From Bdellovibrionales bacterium (GTDB lineage: Bacteria; Bdellovibrionota; Bdellovibrionia; Bdellovibrionales; Bdellovibrionaceae), in contig JANMPT010000025.1 in NCBI GenBank assembly GCA_031370005.1, positions 1-64,000 of the forward strand: a stretch of 64,000 nucleotides of DNA. Direction: 5' to 3'. How positions within the stretch are numbered: the first letter of the stretch is position 1; the number at the start of each line of letters is the position of its first letter. The notes beneath the pieces were generated by a model. The model was not told where the DNA came from, made no database searches, and saw nothing but the letters and a program-made list of their open reading frames with translations. Below are positions 30,706 through 40,612 of this stretch, piece by piece. The translations under genes and the position numbers were made by a program.

Positions 30706-32358
30706 ATGATAAAACGAGCAATTTCTGTGTTGCTGTTATTAGCAGCGGTTCAAGTGCATGCTCTCGTGGACATGAAAAACGCCAACTACTCAAATACCTG
30801 GATAGATATGGACGTTCCAGGAAGCGGGTATGATTTAAAAGTCGTGCGCACTTATAATAGTCGCTCGCTATTTAATGGTATATTTGGTTTCGGTTGGTGT
30901 TCTGATTTTGAGACCTCAATGGAAGTTACCGCCGAAGGAAACATTAAGGTCAAAGAGTGCGGCGGCGGTCTAGAAGTGATTTTTTCTCCCCGCGAAGTGA
31001 CCAAGAAAGATGTTGATAACACAATCAATATGATCATTTCTAGAATGAAGGCAGATAAGAAAGTTGGCCAAACGGAGGCCTACTATAGAAGTCTTCAAAC
31101 ACAACTTTATGAAGACGATAGTATGAGATCCGAATATGCACACAAATACGGTGTCGCGGTCGCGATCAAAGAGGGAACAAAATTTTATGCTAACGGACGA
31201 GAGGTTGAGCACATTGTTTATAATAAGACTTATTACACTCGAAATCTTGTTGATGGCAGTGCCCAAAGATTTACTCCCCAAGGAAAGCTCACGCATATCT
31301 ATGATAAGAATGGAAACTTTCTTAAGTTCGAGTACGAGAAAGACTTGATTCGGGATATCACGGACAACAACAGCCGTCGCTTAAGTTTCAAGTATTTTTC
31401 AAACAAAAAAGTAAAATCGATCTCGGGCCCGAATGGTCTGATGGTCGAATATAAATTTGCAAATCTTGATGACTTAGCTTGGGTTAAGAATGCGTGGCTA
31501 AAGACCTATACTTATGAGTATGACGATCTTCACAATCTTGTGAAAGCCGGATGGCCTGACAAAACCTTCGTGGCCCTAAAGTATGACAAGAAAAATGACT
31601 GGGTTACAGGCTTCACTGATCGCGAGAAGTGCGTAGAGTCGTATAGTTATGATGTCGATCAAAAAGATCCAAAAAATCATTATTGGTCTGTCGTGAAGAA
31701 AGTTTGCGGTAAGGAAACTGTCGCAGATAACAAATACGAATTCTGGCACAAGCAGCGTGCAGATGGTCAGTACTATCTTCAGCGCGTACTTTCTAGTTCA
31801 AATGGCAATACCACCGACATCAGCTATCATGAAGTCTTTGGGAAACCGCTTTCGATACGCCGCAATAGCGAAAAGATCTCCTACGAGTACTATAGCGATG
31901 GGCAAGTGAAAGTGAAAGCGACTCCGAACATCAGAATGGCCTTTGAATACGACAATCAGATTAAAAAAGTCAGCCAAGTTATTAGTACCTTTTATAATGA
32001 GAAGGGACAAAAAACGACTTCAAAGAGTTCGCAATTTAAATACGACAAAAAAGGCAACTTAGTCTTTGCACAAAATAGTGATGGCCAAAAAATCACGATG
32101 ACCTATGACAATAAAGGTCGTATTGCTAGCATTACAGATCAGGCTAAAAAAGTTGTTAGAATTGAATATGAGGACCGCTTTGGAAAACCAGCAATTGTGA
32201 CTCGTCCCGGCCTAGGTACTATCAAAGTGACTTACAAACCAAGCGGTGAGATCAACAAGGTCGAAAGCAAAGAAGGACCCAGTGTTGCCATGCAGGTGGC
32301 AAGTACCTTTAACAATCTCTTAGACGTTGTTGCTCCAGCAACTTCAGAAGTGTTCTAG
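30706..32358 (+). CDS. Secreted YD-repeat (DUF6531/Rhs-like) protein, Bd0109 orthologue
   Basis: VDMKNANY, RTYNSRS..GIFGFGW, YD repeats, no toxin tip; lies between tadB and hit. Confidence 0.85.
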   Translation: MIKRAISVLLLLAAVQVHALVDMKNANYSNTWIDMDVPGSGYDLKVVRTYNSRSLFNGIFGFGWCSDFETSMEVTAEGNIKVKECGGGLEVIFSPREVTKKDVDNTINMIISRMKADKKVGQTEAYYRSLQTQLYEDDSMRSEYAHKYGVAVAIKEGTKFYANGREVEHIVYNKTYYTRNLVDGSAQRFTPQGKLTHIYDKNGNFLKFEYEKDLIRDITDNNSRRLSFKYFSNKKVKSISGPNGLMVEYKFANLDDLAWVKNAWLKTYTYEYDDLHNLVKAGWPDKTFVALKYDKKNDWVTGFTDREKCVESYSYDVDQKDPKNHYWSVVKKVCGKETVADNKYEFWHKQRADGQYYLQRVLSSSNGNTTDISYHEVFGKPLSIRRNSEKISYEYYSDGQVKVKATPNIRMAFEYDNQIKKVSQVISTFYNEKGQKTTSKSSQFKYDKKGNLVFAQNSDGQKITMTYDNKGRIASITDQAKKVVRIEYEDRFGKPAIVTRPGLGTIKVTYKPSGEINKVESKEGPSVAMQVASTFNNLLDVVAPATSEVF

Positions 32359-32372
32359 GAAGGGATGGTAAT

Positions 32373-32684
32373 ATGAGAAATATACTTTTAGCGATTACAA
32401 GTTTTTTCGCGACAGTTTTAATCCTTTCACAGATTGCTTTGGCTCAGTCTCAGGCGGATGGCGGGACTCAACATAGCGTTTCTGCGCAAGGAGAGGATCC
32501 TAACTTAGCAGAGACCTCTGATAGAATGACGACTGAAGGTGGCGTCCCGAACGCCGGAAACAAATGTAAAGATGGCACCTGTTATCAAAGATCTATTGGG
32601 GGTCGTCTTGGTGACAACACAAGGGCAAGGCCAAGAAACTCTGCCTCCGAAGATGGCGGACGAGATCAAAAGGGCTCTCAGTAG
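32373..32684 (+). CDS. hit: hit locus protein, Bd0108-like (secreted, disordered)
   Basis: 103 aa, signal peptide, GEDPN motif, Cys pair, synteny after Bd0109-like gene. Confidence 0.75.
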   Translation: MRNILLAITSFFATVLILSQIALAQSQADGGTQHSVSAQGEDPNLAETSDRMTTEGGVPNAGNKCKDGTCYQRSIGGRLGDNTRARPRNSASEDGGRDQKGSQ

Positions 32685-32839
32685 CGAGTCTACGTAAAGC
32701 AGAAGGCATTCTATCCGAGGAGGCTCGGCCTGCGGGCCCAAACAACTCCGAGGTCCGTGTTAATACCCAACAAAGCTCACTATTTACAACAGAAACTAGT
32801 TGCCATGTTTTAGCTTCTAAACTATACTGCCCCAAATTT

Positions 32840-33418
32840 ATGACCAAACAAGCCAGCTTTTTTGACTACCACAAAATGAAAGAAACCAAAGCCAAATACG
32901 GCAGAACCTGTCATGGCGGCCCCACATCCCGTGGACATCGTAAAGAGCAACGCCCCCTCTCCGCAGGAAAGTGGATCCACCTAGTACTCAAATCAGAGCT
33001 CGCAAAAGGTGCTTGGAGCTTTTTGACTCCTACAAATTCAATTTACCTAGATAAAATCCTTAGAGAAAAAGCCGCGAAGTTTGGGGTCTTCATTGCTGAG
33101 ATAGTCAATGTTGGAAACCATCTTCATATCAAGTGCAGGTTTAAGTACCGCAAAGGCTTTCAGAATTTCTTGCGAGCCGTGACTTGCCTCATTGCTCGTA
33201 AAATCACTAAAGCCTATCGCGGGAGCAAGCTCTCCACTCCCTTTTGGCAGGGCTTAGCCTTTACAAGGGTATTAAAAAGTTCTTTTGAAGAGATGCAGCT
33301 CAAAGGATATTTTCAGGCCAATCGCGAGCAAGCTGAGAAGGGCTATTCTGCTCGGCAAGAATACTTAGATAGATTCAACCGCTGGGTATATCGACTGCGG
33401 GTTCAGGATTATTCCTGA
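32840..33418 (+). mobile_element. RAYT/IS200-like HUH (Y1) transposase
   Basis: H.VLKS, VGNHLH (HUH), FWQ..AFTR, GYFQAN tyrosine motif. Confidence 0.75.
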
Positions 33419-33565
33419 GGGCTTGGCGTGAAATCCCGTAATGAGACACGCGCAGGGCTTTTTTTTGCTTCGCGCATGACTAATATGCGAACACCGTGAG
33501 CTGGGCGATCTGCCCTAAGATGTTAAAACCCCAGGCATTTTTTCACCTCTACACGCTCATCATCT

Positions 33566-33581
33566 TGGCACGTCCTTCGCT
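33566..33581 (+). promoter_or_regulatory. Sigma-54 promoter
   Basis: TGGCACGTCCTTCGCT (GG-N10-GC). Confidence 0.6.
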
Positions 33582-33628
33582 ATAGATAGCAATAGATGTC
33601 AATGAAATCTCTTACTGAGGAGGAGACA

Positions 33629-33835
33629 ATGCGTATCTCTAAAACAATCTTGAATCTGGCGCTGATGATGTCAGTGGTGTCGGCGACAGCCGTCGCAGCG
33701 GCAAGCAGCAGTTGTAATATGCGATCTGGAATTCCAAGAACCGCAGCGAGCAATCCAGAGAAAAAACAAGTGGCTGCAAGGGTTTTAAAGGCCTCAACGT
33801 CGAGCTCACTAAAAAGTCATCGCGGTAAGAAATAG
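33629..33835 (+). CDS. Small secreted protein
   Basis: GAGGAGG RBS, signal peptide. Confidence 0.65.
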   Translation: MRISKTILNLALMMSVVSATAVAAASSSCNMRSGIPRTAASNPEKKQVAARVLKASTSSSLKSHRGKK

Positions 33836-33860
33836 CAAATGGCAGGGGTCGTTGAAAAAT

Positions 33861-34088
33861 TTATTTTCCGGCCCTTGTAGTTAGACTGCTTTTTGCGCTA
33901 AAAAACAAATTTCTAAGCGCTAAGGCACCGCCAGAAGCGACGCTTTGAACGTAGAGTGAAACAGAAGATTTTTGCAACCAACGTTGGGAGTGTTGCTCTA
34001 AAGAAGAGTTTCCCACTTTGACTTGCAGAGCTATCACAAAAATCACCGTTAATAGAAAGCTTTTTAAGACAAACATCAACTCGCTCAT
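33861..34088 (-). CDS. Small membrane protein
   Basis: TM helix; coupled to the receiver gene. Confidence 0.6.
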   Translation of the reverse strand: MSELMFVLKSFLLTVIFVIALQVKVGNSSLEQHSQRWLQKSSVSLYVQSVASGGALALRNLFFSAKSSLTTRAGK

Positions 34089-34468
34089 TTTATTTTCTCC
34101 GGTTTGCTTTTATAGTGTTTTTTTATAACAGCTAAAAAGCCCTCTTTCGTAAAGGGCTTTACTATATAATCATTGCAACCCACATCCATCGCATTCTCGA
34201 TAATAGTTTTGTCATCAAGAGTAGAGCAGGCAATGATTACCACCTCATAAGAGAGCTCGCGGATTTTTCGCGCTAACTCTATGCCATTTTCTTTTGGCAT
34301 TACCATATCAAGGACGATGAGATCCGGAAGAGTTTTTTTAAAAAGACGAAAGCCCTCTTCGCCATTTAAGGCTTGGCCGACGCAAACGGCGCCTGAACTT
34401 TTAAGAATATTCTTAATCAGTTCACCAACGAAAGTGGCATCATCAATAATAATATAGCGAAAACTCAT
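34085..34468 (-). CDS. Single-domain response regulator (CheY-like)
   Basis: IIDD, LDMVMP, KPF. Confidence 0.92.
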   Translation of the reverse strand: MSFRYIIIDDATFVGELIKNILKSSGAVCVGQALNGEEGFRLFKKTLPDLIVLDMVMPKENGIELARKIRELSYEVVIIACSTLDDKTIIENAMDVGCNDYIVKPFTKEGFLAVIKKHYKSKPEKIK

Positions 34469-34539
34469 TCTTTGATTATCGAAAGTTCCTGGGGGATTGT
34501 CTAAGCGCTTTTGTGCAAGACTAGACTAAGTGAGGGCTT

Positions 34540-35598
34540 TTAGCCTCCCCAGCGGTAACCGAGAGAGAAAATATAGAAGGTGTCTGTAACGCTAACGTTT
34601 TTTGGAATAGAACCTGTTGCTGGGTCCGCAAGTCTTGCGCTGCCATCAAAAAGATTCTTTTCAGACATTAACGAGGCCTCGTAAAAGATTTGAGACTCTT
34701 TAGACAATTTTATTTCTGAGCCAAGCTGGATTCCCAGGCGGATATTTTCTGTGCTACTTCCTGAACTAATATCTATGCCGGCTTTAGACTCAGAATGCTG
34801 AAGCCGCGGATAGAAACTTCCACCAAGAAGCCATGCAACATCTGGGCTTGAGGGAAGCCTGAGAGTCATTTTAAGACCCAGACCCGAGGTTTTTAGTTTT
34901 GCCCGATAAATATCATCAGCATTTACATTGAATTTATAGTCACTATAAAGGACATCGAACTGAAGGGATTTTGAAGACTGAGTAAAGCCAAAGAATTGTC
35001 TAAACTTCAGGGCGACGTCTAAGAACTCATATCGCGCCGGAGAACGCGTGTTGCTTACCGCATCGCCGCTTGTGTCCGCAGCTAATGAGAACATGAAGTT
35101 TCCACCTACGCCTATAGCTGGAGTTAGCCACACGTTTGCTCCAAGATCGACTCCAGCATAGACACTACGATAATCTCTATATGAATAGTTCGAGGAAGAC
35201 TCATTGGTTACATAACTTGGTGCGAAGCTAATTTCAATTTTATTTTGTCGAGCGTCGGATTCCTCAAACTGTCCTTGGTAAAATCCAAGCTCTCGCTCAG
35301 GGCTAGCAGTAAAAAGACTTTTTACCTGCTGTGAAATAGTGGGCTCTTTGGGTGCCAGCGGGGGCAAAGTCAAAGGTGGCAAAACCGGTGATGCAACTGT
35401 GGTCTCTTCGCTTGCGGGCTGCCGTGTTTTTTGTTGAGACTTCTTTGCAATTTTTTTGAGTGCCGGAGCGGGAGCAGGGGCCAAGCTCGGAGTCCGAGTT
35501 CCCAGCAGAAGCTCATAGGAAGAGTCCAGCTGTGCGAGTAAAGCCACTGGACTAAGGAGCGCAAAACTAAAAATGAGTGCCGGACATACGAACTTCAT
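34540..35598 (-). CDS. Putative outer-membrane beta-barrel protein
   Basis: Signal peptide, R.PAS linker, beta strands, LGYRW end. Confidence 0.65.
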   Translation of the reverse strand: MKFVCPALIFSFALLSPVALLAQLDSSYELLLGTRTPSLAPAPAPALKKIAKKSQQKTRQPASEETTVASPVLPPLTLPPLAPKEPTISQQVKSLFTASPERELGFYQGQFEESDARQNKIEISFAPSYVTNESSSNYSYRDYRSVYAGVDLGANVWLTPAIGVGGNFMFSLAADTSGDAVSNTRSPARYEFLDVALKFRQFFGFTQSSKSLQFDVLYSDYKFNVNADDIYRAKLKTSGLGLKMTLRLPSSPDVAWLLGGSFYPRLQHSESKAGIDISSGSSTENIRLGIQLGSEIKLSKESQIFYEASLMSEKNLFDGSARLADPATGSIPKNVSVTDTFYIFSLGYRWGG

Positions 35599-35605
35599 AC
35601 CAGAT

Positions 35606-35632
35606 TTTTCGGATTCTCGAAGGATTTACTTG
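35606..35632 (-). promoter_or_regulatory. Sigma-28-like promoter
   Basis: CAAG-N15-TCCGAAAA on minus strand. Confidence 0.45.
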
Positions 35633-35675
35633 ATGCGAAATTGACGAGTTTTTCTGTGACAGGCAGAATTAAAGT

Positions 35676-37235
35676 ATGAGAAATAATTTTAAGGTCCTGC
35701 TTCTTTGTCAGTTTTTGTTGGCCTTGTTTTTTTCCTTACAGACCAGAGCCCAGCTAAACTCTTCTTTCGTCAGCGCCGTTGATCAAGATCTTACGATCAA
35801 GGTCGTCACGGCGGCTCCGTTTTCTGACAACATCAAGGGAATTTATTCCAAGCCACTTTTTAAAAAATTTCAAGAGCTTCTTAGTAACGACAGGCTCTGG
35901 ACTTATGAGGCATTGCCTGATGGCACCAGTGTTGCTTTAGATTTGGATGAAAATCCTGCTGCAGTAAAAAGTATTTTTGATGCTACGAAATCCCAGGGGC
36001 TTTTCACTTTCCATATTACAAAAGGCCCGCTGGGCCTAAACGCGCACCTTGTTTTTTTCGTAGGGCAAACGGGAGCCCCGCTAATTCAAGAAGATCTAGT
36101 GAACTATCCGGGATTTGAAATCGCTGATCTCGAAAAACAACTTCAGGTCATGTACGAGAAAATCAAAGCTCGACTTCCATATCGAGGGATGATTTTAAGT
36201 CGTCGAGGACAAGAGGTAACCATCAATATTGGTTACAAAACGGGCGTAAAAAATAATGATGAGATTTCGGTGATTCAAATTCTGAAAGTAAATCGCCATC
36301 CAAAACTAAAATTTATGGTAAGTACCGAAAAGGAAATCCTTGGCAAAATTAAAGTCTATAAAACTGACGAGTTTCTGAGTTTTGCCTATATCACTTATGA
36401 GCGCGAGCCTGGAGTGGTTCAAGTTAACGCAAAACTACTTCCGCAGGAGTTCATTCAATACAAAGAACCTGTTACCCAAAACGGTCAAGTAATCCCAGGT
36501 CTTGAAAATCGCAAAGACAGCGAATTGAGTTATGGCGATAACCCTAGAGAATGGTTGCCGACACAGGCGCCTCAATATGGCCGTATCGCGATTTTAGGTG
36601 GCCTTGGTAGCTACGGCATTTCCACAAGCCTCGCCTCCGGCACCATAGAAGCATCAACCAGCCTTGCTCCAGAGATCGCCGTTAAAGGCGAACTCTGGCT
36701 GAGCAGCGAGTGGAATATTCTTTTTAATATTCGCCAAGCGGTTTTTACAGCCTCAAATCTCAATATGTCTCTGTCTTCTTACGGCGTACTAGGCGCGTAT
36801 AATTTTTTAATGAGTGAAGACTTTTTCGGTCCAAAGATTCAGCTCAGCGCGGGCTATTCGACTTATATGTCAAATGCAGATCAAAGCACCCCTCTTGCTT
36901 TCACCAATATGAACTATGGCGGGTTCGTGGTCGGGTTTCTCGGCCAGTTTCCCTTAACAAAAGAGATCCCGATGGATTTGGGCGCGCAATTTAATTTATT
37001 TATAAGTCCTGGGATGAGTGAGTCTGTCTCATCGGGGGACTCCTCAAGAAACACTATCAATCAGTTTGGTTTCTTTGGTGTTTACCATCTCCGAAGTCGC
37101 TTTAAAATTCGCGGGGAAATAAACTTTGAATACTATGCCAGTGATTTTTCTGGCCCAGGAGCGGGAACACATAGCTCATCGAACACGACACAAAAATTAA
37201 CAAGCCTCATGGGTGGCATTGAGTATCTTTTCTGA
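35676..37235 (+). CDS. Outer-membrane protein (periplasmic domain plus beta-barrel)
   Basis: Signal peptide, FlgT-C-like VTINIG..G motif, GGIEYLF end. Confidence 0.65.
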   Translation: MRNNFKVLLLCQFLLALFFSLQTRAQLNSSFVSAVDQDLTIKVVTAAPFSDNIKGIYSKPLFKKFQELLSNDRLWTYEALPDGTSVALDLDENPAAVKSIFDATKSQGLFTFHITKGPLGLNAHLVFFVGQTGAPLIQEDLVNYPGFEIADLEKQLQVMYEKIKARLPYRGMILSRRGQEVTINIGYKTGVKNNDEISVIQILKVNRHPKLKFMVSTEKEILGKIKVYKTDEFLSFAYITYEREPGVVQVNAKLLPQEFIQYKEPVTQNGQVIPGLENRKDSELSYGDNPREWLPTQAPQYGRIAILGGLGSYGISTSLASGTIEASTSLAPEIAVKGELWLSSEWNILFNIRQAVFTASNLNMSLSSYGVLGAYNFLMSEDFFGPKIQLSAGYSTYMSNADQSTPLAFTNMNYGGFVVGFLGQFPLTKEIPMDLGAQFNLFISPGMSESVSSGDSSRNTINQFGFFGVYHLRSRFKIRGEINFEYYASDFSGPGAGTHSSSNTTQKLTSLMGGIEYLF

Positions 37236-37236
37236 C

Positions 37237-37258
37237 CAAAGCCTAGTCAAAGCCTAGT
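37237..37258. repeat. 11-bp tandem duplication CAAAGCCTAGT x2
   Basis: Seen directly after the stop of the upstream gene. Confidence 0.85.
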
Positions 37259-37300
37259 CACTATCGAACAGTCTCAATTGGGGATGGTTTAAAAAGTAAT

Positions 37301-37330
37301 TTGACAGTTTTGTGAGCTCGCTGACATACT
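37301..37330 (+). promoter_or_regulatory. Sigma-70-like promoter for the pilin cluster
   Basis: TTGACA-N18-CATACT with TGn extension. Confidence 0.4.
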
Positions 37331-37436
37331 TATAGATGTTAAGAATTAAATAAGTCGGCCCGTAAGCAGTTGAGATTATAATTATCATATATGGAAATAT
37401 TCTTGGTAGTTTTGGGGGGCCACTGGGAAGGTTCAA

Positions 37437-40091
37437 TTGTTAAGGACTTCGCTTCAGAAAAAAATGAAAACTCGTGAAGGCAAACGACAAGGCTTGCGAC
37501 TAAGAGGCAATACAAAGGGCTCCGTCCTTTTGCTGGTCATGATCGCCGCACCGGTGGCTGCGATCCTTTTCTTTTCGTTAATTGAAATGGTCCTTATTTC
37601 AAAACGGCAAGTTGTTATTAATCGAAATATAGTTGGCTATTCTACGGCTTTAGACGCCGTTCTTGATTATACAAACTATGCAATTAAAAATCGCTGGTGT
37701 ATGACTAGCACTTGGACCCGAGATACCATAGGTTGCAACTTAACTCATGCAAGAAGTTTTGAGCGTATGGTTTTGGACATGAACTCGCTGGCGGCTTTGA
37801 CTGATATAAATTCCGGGGTTGCTGGGTATACAAATGCCGGGGTGGTGCTTGGTACCATAACAACGACAGTGCCCATTAGCTCCATCACGGGGGCTCACCC
37901 ACTTGCTGACATCATTACAAATTTAGAAAAATCTGGAAATGCGGTTTCTAATATCCAAATCACCGTTACTCGCGTAGATAATATTAACGTGCCGAGAAGG
38001 GGAAGAGAATCATACCTAGATATCAGAGCGACCCTGCTATCTGGCGGTATAATCTTTAGAAATCTTTCAGCGATTTCTGCCACGAGTCGTTTAATGATTG
38101 CACCAAGGGAGCTTAATTACTTCTCTTTAGTGGTCCCTGAAAATATGCATTTAGACGGAACAATCAGTTCTGCAAATGGAGATTTTTCAATTCCATCTGG
38201 GACTGGCGGGACAGGAGTCTCTTTCGAGAGTCCCGTTTTTGTAAACGGTGACATTTTTATTCCTGATCCCATAAGCGGAGCCCCCAACGCCACGACCTTT
38301 TCTAATAAAGTAATTCTCGGTGGACCAAATGGCGGAGGAAACGGTGGACGCCTTATGCTTGGGGCCACGCCCTTTACCGCGCCTAATTCCGGTGATCTTT
38401 CCAGCTACCTCTACTCGGTAATCCCAAAGCTTGGCGGATTCAAAAAAGGGGTTGATGTCGACGGCGTGCGGGACAGTGGCCTTGACGTGCTTTCGGGTAA
38501 TGCAGTTTCAGCACTTCCTGTGGCTACCCAGGCGAATCTTTGCTCCGGTATCAACTCTGTTTATTATAGGCTACAAGACACCAACCAATCCGATCTGGTG
38601 ATAAAGTCCATTAACAGTGCGGCACCAAATCAGTTTGATTATTACATTGGATTAACCCAAGGGAATATGTTTCTTCCCCAGGGGACTCGCCCATATTTTA
38701 TTAGCGGGCCGTGGTCCAGAAGAACTATTACGGACATCCCTTCCGGCACCACCAGCAGTAATGCGTTAAACGGACAAGCCACTATGTATTTTCGATTTGA
38801 CTCAGGCAATTTGCCGCCATTGGGCCCTGCGGGAGCCTACGACTCAAGCTCACCTAATTGGAATATTATGACATCGCAGTTTGCTCTGAGAGATAATGCA
38901 GAGGTGACAATTAAATTCAGATCAACCCTTCCTGGGCCGCCGCAGTGGGCCTTCGTTCATATTGAAATGATACCTGTTGTTGTGGGCGGCAATGTTCAAA
39001 GGGATGTTTTCCATTTGAGAGTCAGCACAACGGGATATTTAAATCCATCTGCAACGATAGATAGATTTTCAATTTATATGAAAGCCTATGACCTCGGCAC
39101 CTATGGTGGTCGGGACCGCAGGTATCTTGATTCAGGCTCTGATGATACCCTAATGGCAGGACATACTATGGATGGCTGGTTGCATTTCAAAATTGTGGGA
39201 GGTGCCCTACAGTGGCGAGATCAATCTGGGACACCAAAGGTTCCGAATTATACTAGCTATGTAAAATTAGATCCGGCAAATCCTATTCCGCCAAATGGCT
39301 TTACGCCGCCAGAGTCTTCTTGGCCAGCGCCACTGCCTCCGATAATGACTCCAATTGCCGGCGTATCGACACCATTGCCTGATGAGACTTTTGACTACCA
39401 GGCCATTGTGAATGGATGCTTAGGAAATTCCGGCGGGGCAAATAGTGCGGCATTTCAATCTGTAAATTGGAATAGCCCATTTGTAAACTCAACCCGTTAC
39501 TCTTGGCATTTTGCCCCGGTTGTGGGCGGGGTTGCCCCGGCCGGCGAATATACGACAATTCCGGCTTCGGGTCCTTCGCTAACAATAAATAATGGCCAGT
39601 TTTACATAAACTCCATTGTTGGAACATGCATAGTTCCTGCAACGACTACGGTGGCATCAGGTTTCATAACTTGCGACAGTCTGGTAATTCTGCCGAGAAG
39701 TAATCCTTTATTGATGATTGGAACTTTTATTGCCGGAAGCGCAAATATTGCACCATCAGCTGTGGCAGCGGGAATTACCTTTAGAAATATCTATCATCCT
39801 CAATCGAGAAGTGACCTAATTGCTCAAGGTATTCTAACGAATGCGAATGGGACAGTTTGCGCAAACGGACCGCTTCCTGTTCCAGTGTGGTGGCCGACTC
39901 TGACTGCAAACCAATATGATTCTATCAGGAAATGCAATGTGATTTCTCTTCGTGACAAGGCAGATCCCTTCACCTGGAGTGCGGTAAATCCTGATTGCGG
40001 CTTGCCGTCGGGCGGTAGTTTTGTTAAATGTCAGAAGCACACTCTTAACTACATACTGAGCGAAGTCAGTAGGACAAGTGAGTTGCAATGA
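37437..40091 (+). CDS. Large PilX-like minor pilin/adhesin
   Basis: TKG|SVLLLV class III-like signal plus TM; Cys-containing C-terminus; true start may be 37463. Confidence 0.7.
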   Translation: MLRTSLQKKMKTREGKRQGLRLRGNTKGSVLLLVMIAAPVAAILFFSLIEMVLISKRQVVINRNIVGYSTALDAVLDYTNYAIKNRWCMTSTWTRDTIGCNLTHARSFERMVLDMNSLAALTDINSGVAGYTNAGVVLGTITTTVPISSITGAHPLADIITNLEKSGNAVSNIQITVTRVDNINVPRRGRESYLDIRATLLSGGIIFRNLSAISATSRLMIAPRELNYFSLVVPENMHLDGTISSANGDFSIPSGTGGTGVSFESPVFVNGDIFIPDPISGAPNATTFSNKVILGGPNGGGNGGRLMLGATPFTAPNSGDLSSYLYSVIPKLGGFKKGVDVDGVRDSGLDVLSGNAVSALPVATQANLCSGINSVYYRLQDTNQSDLVIKSINSAAPNQFDYYIGLTQGNMFLPQGTRPYFISGPWSRRTITDIPSGTTSSNALNGQATMYFRFDSGNLPPLGPAGAYDSSSPNWNIMTSQFALRDNAEVTIKFRSTLPGPPQWAFVHIEMIPVVVGGNVQRDVFHLRVSTTGYLNPSATIDRFSIYMKAYDLGTYGGRDRRYLDSGSDDTLMAGHTMDGWLHFKIVGGALQWRDQSGTPKVPNYTSYVKLDPANPIPPNGFTPPESSWPAPLPPIMTPIAGVSTPLPDETFDYQAIVNGCLGNSGGANSAAFQSVNWNSPFVNSTRYSWHFAPVVGGVAPAGEYTTIPASGPSLTINNGQFYINSIVGTCIVPATTTVASGFITCDSLVILPRSNPLLMIGTFIAGSANIAPSAVAAGITFRNIYHPQSRSDLIAQGILTNANGTVCANGPLPVPVWWPTLTANQYDSIRKCNVISLRDKADPFTWSAVNPDCGLPSGGSFVKCQKHTLNYILSEVSRTSELQ

Positions 40092-40606
40092 AAAAACTCA
40101 TAGCTAACAACCACGGACAGACAATAATTGAAAACGTCTTAGCAATGGGTTTGCTGGTTGTGGTTTTTTATATGATTGTTGACGGCAGTCTTCAGCTGTT
40201 TAAGACCGAGTCTAAAACAGGTCAGGTCTCCGCAGAGTATCAAATGGTCTCTCAATTGATTGAGACTATTAAGGGCGAGCCCGCAGTCTATCAAAAAAAC
40301 TTTGTGCCAAACGCTGGCGGTATAAACTCTTACTTGGCGACTTTTCCCTATGGATATGCCGGCAATGTTCTTTATACGGGCAACCCACCTAACTGCGATT
40401 CGAGCGCTCCTTTGGCAAATGGAAGTATTGGCGGTGGCGGCGTAATCAATACTTTTTGTGATGCCCTTATGACCTACACAATTCAACCCAGTCTAAATTA
40501 TAGCGGGCTTTTTAAGGGCTCAATTAGAGTTAAGCATATAAATAAGGATCCACTCGCGACACCAACACCGGATAGCAATTACTATTTTTTAATTAATACA
40601 AACTAG
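40088..40606 (+). CDS. Type IV minor pilin (PilV-like)
   Basis: NHG|QTIIENVLA. Confidence 0.75.
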   Translation: MKKLIANNHGQTIIENVLAMGLLVVVFYMIVDGSLQLFKTESKTGQVSAEYQMVSQLIETIKGEPAVYQKNFVPNAGGINSYLATFPYGYAGNVLYTGNPPNCDSSAPLANGSIGGGGVINTFCDALMTYTIQPSLNYSGLFKGSIRVKHINKDPLATPTPDSNYYFLINTN

Positions 40607-40612
40607 GGGCAT

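Noticed and set aside
30706..32358. Second Rhs toxin
   Set aside because: YD repeats but no core DPxG motif or toxin tip; fits the Bd0109 pilus-associated protein
37254..37436. 60-aa minus-strand ORF
   Set aside because: Lies over the predicted promoter region; no RBS or motif
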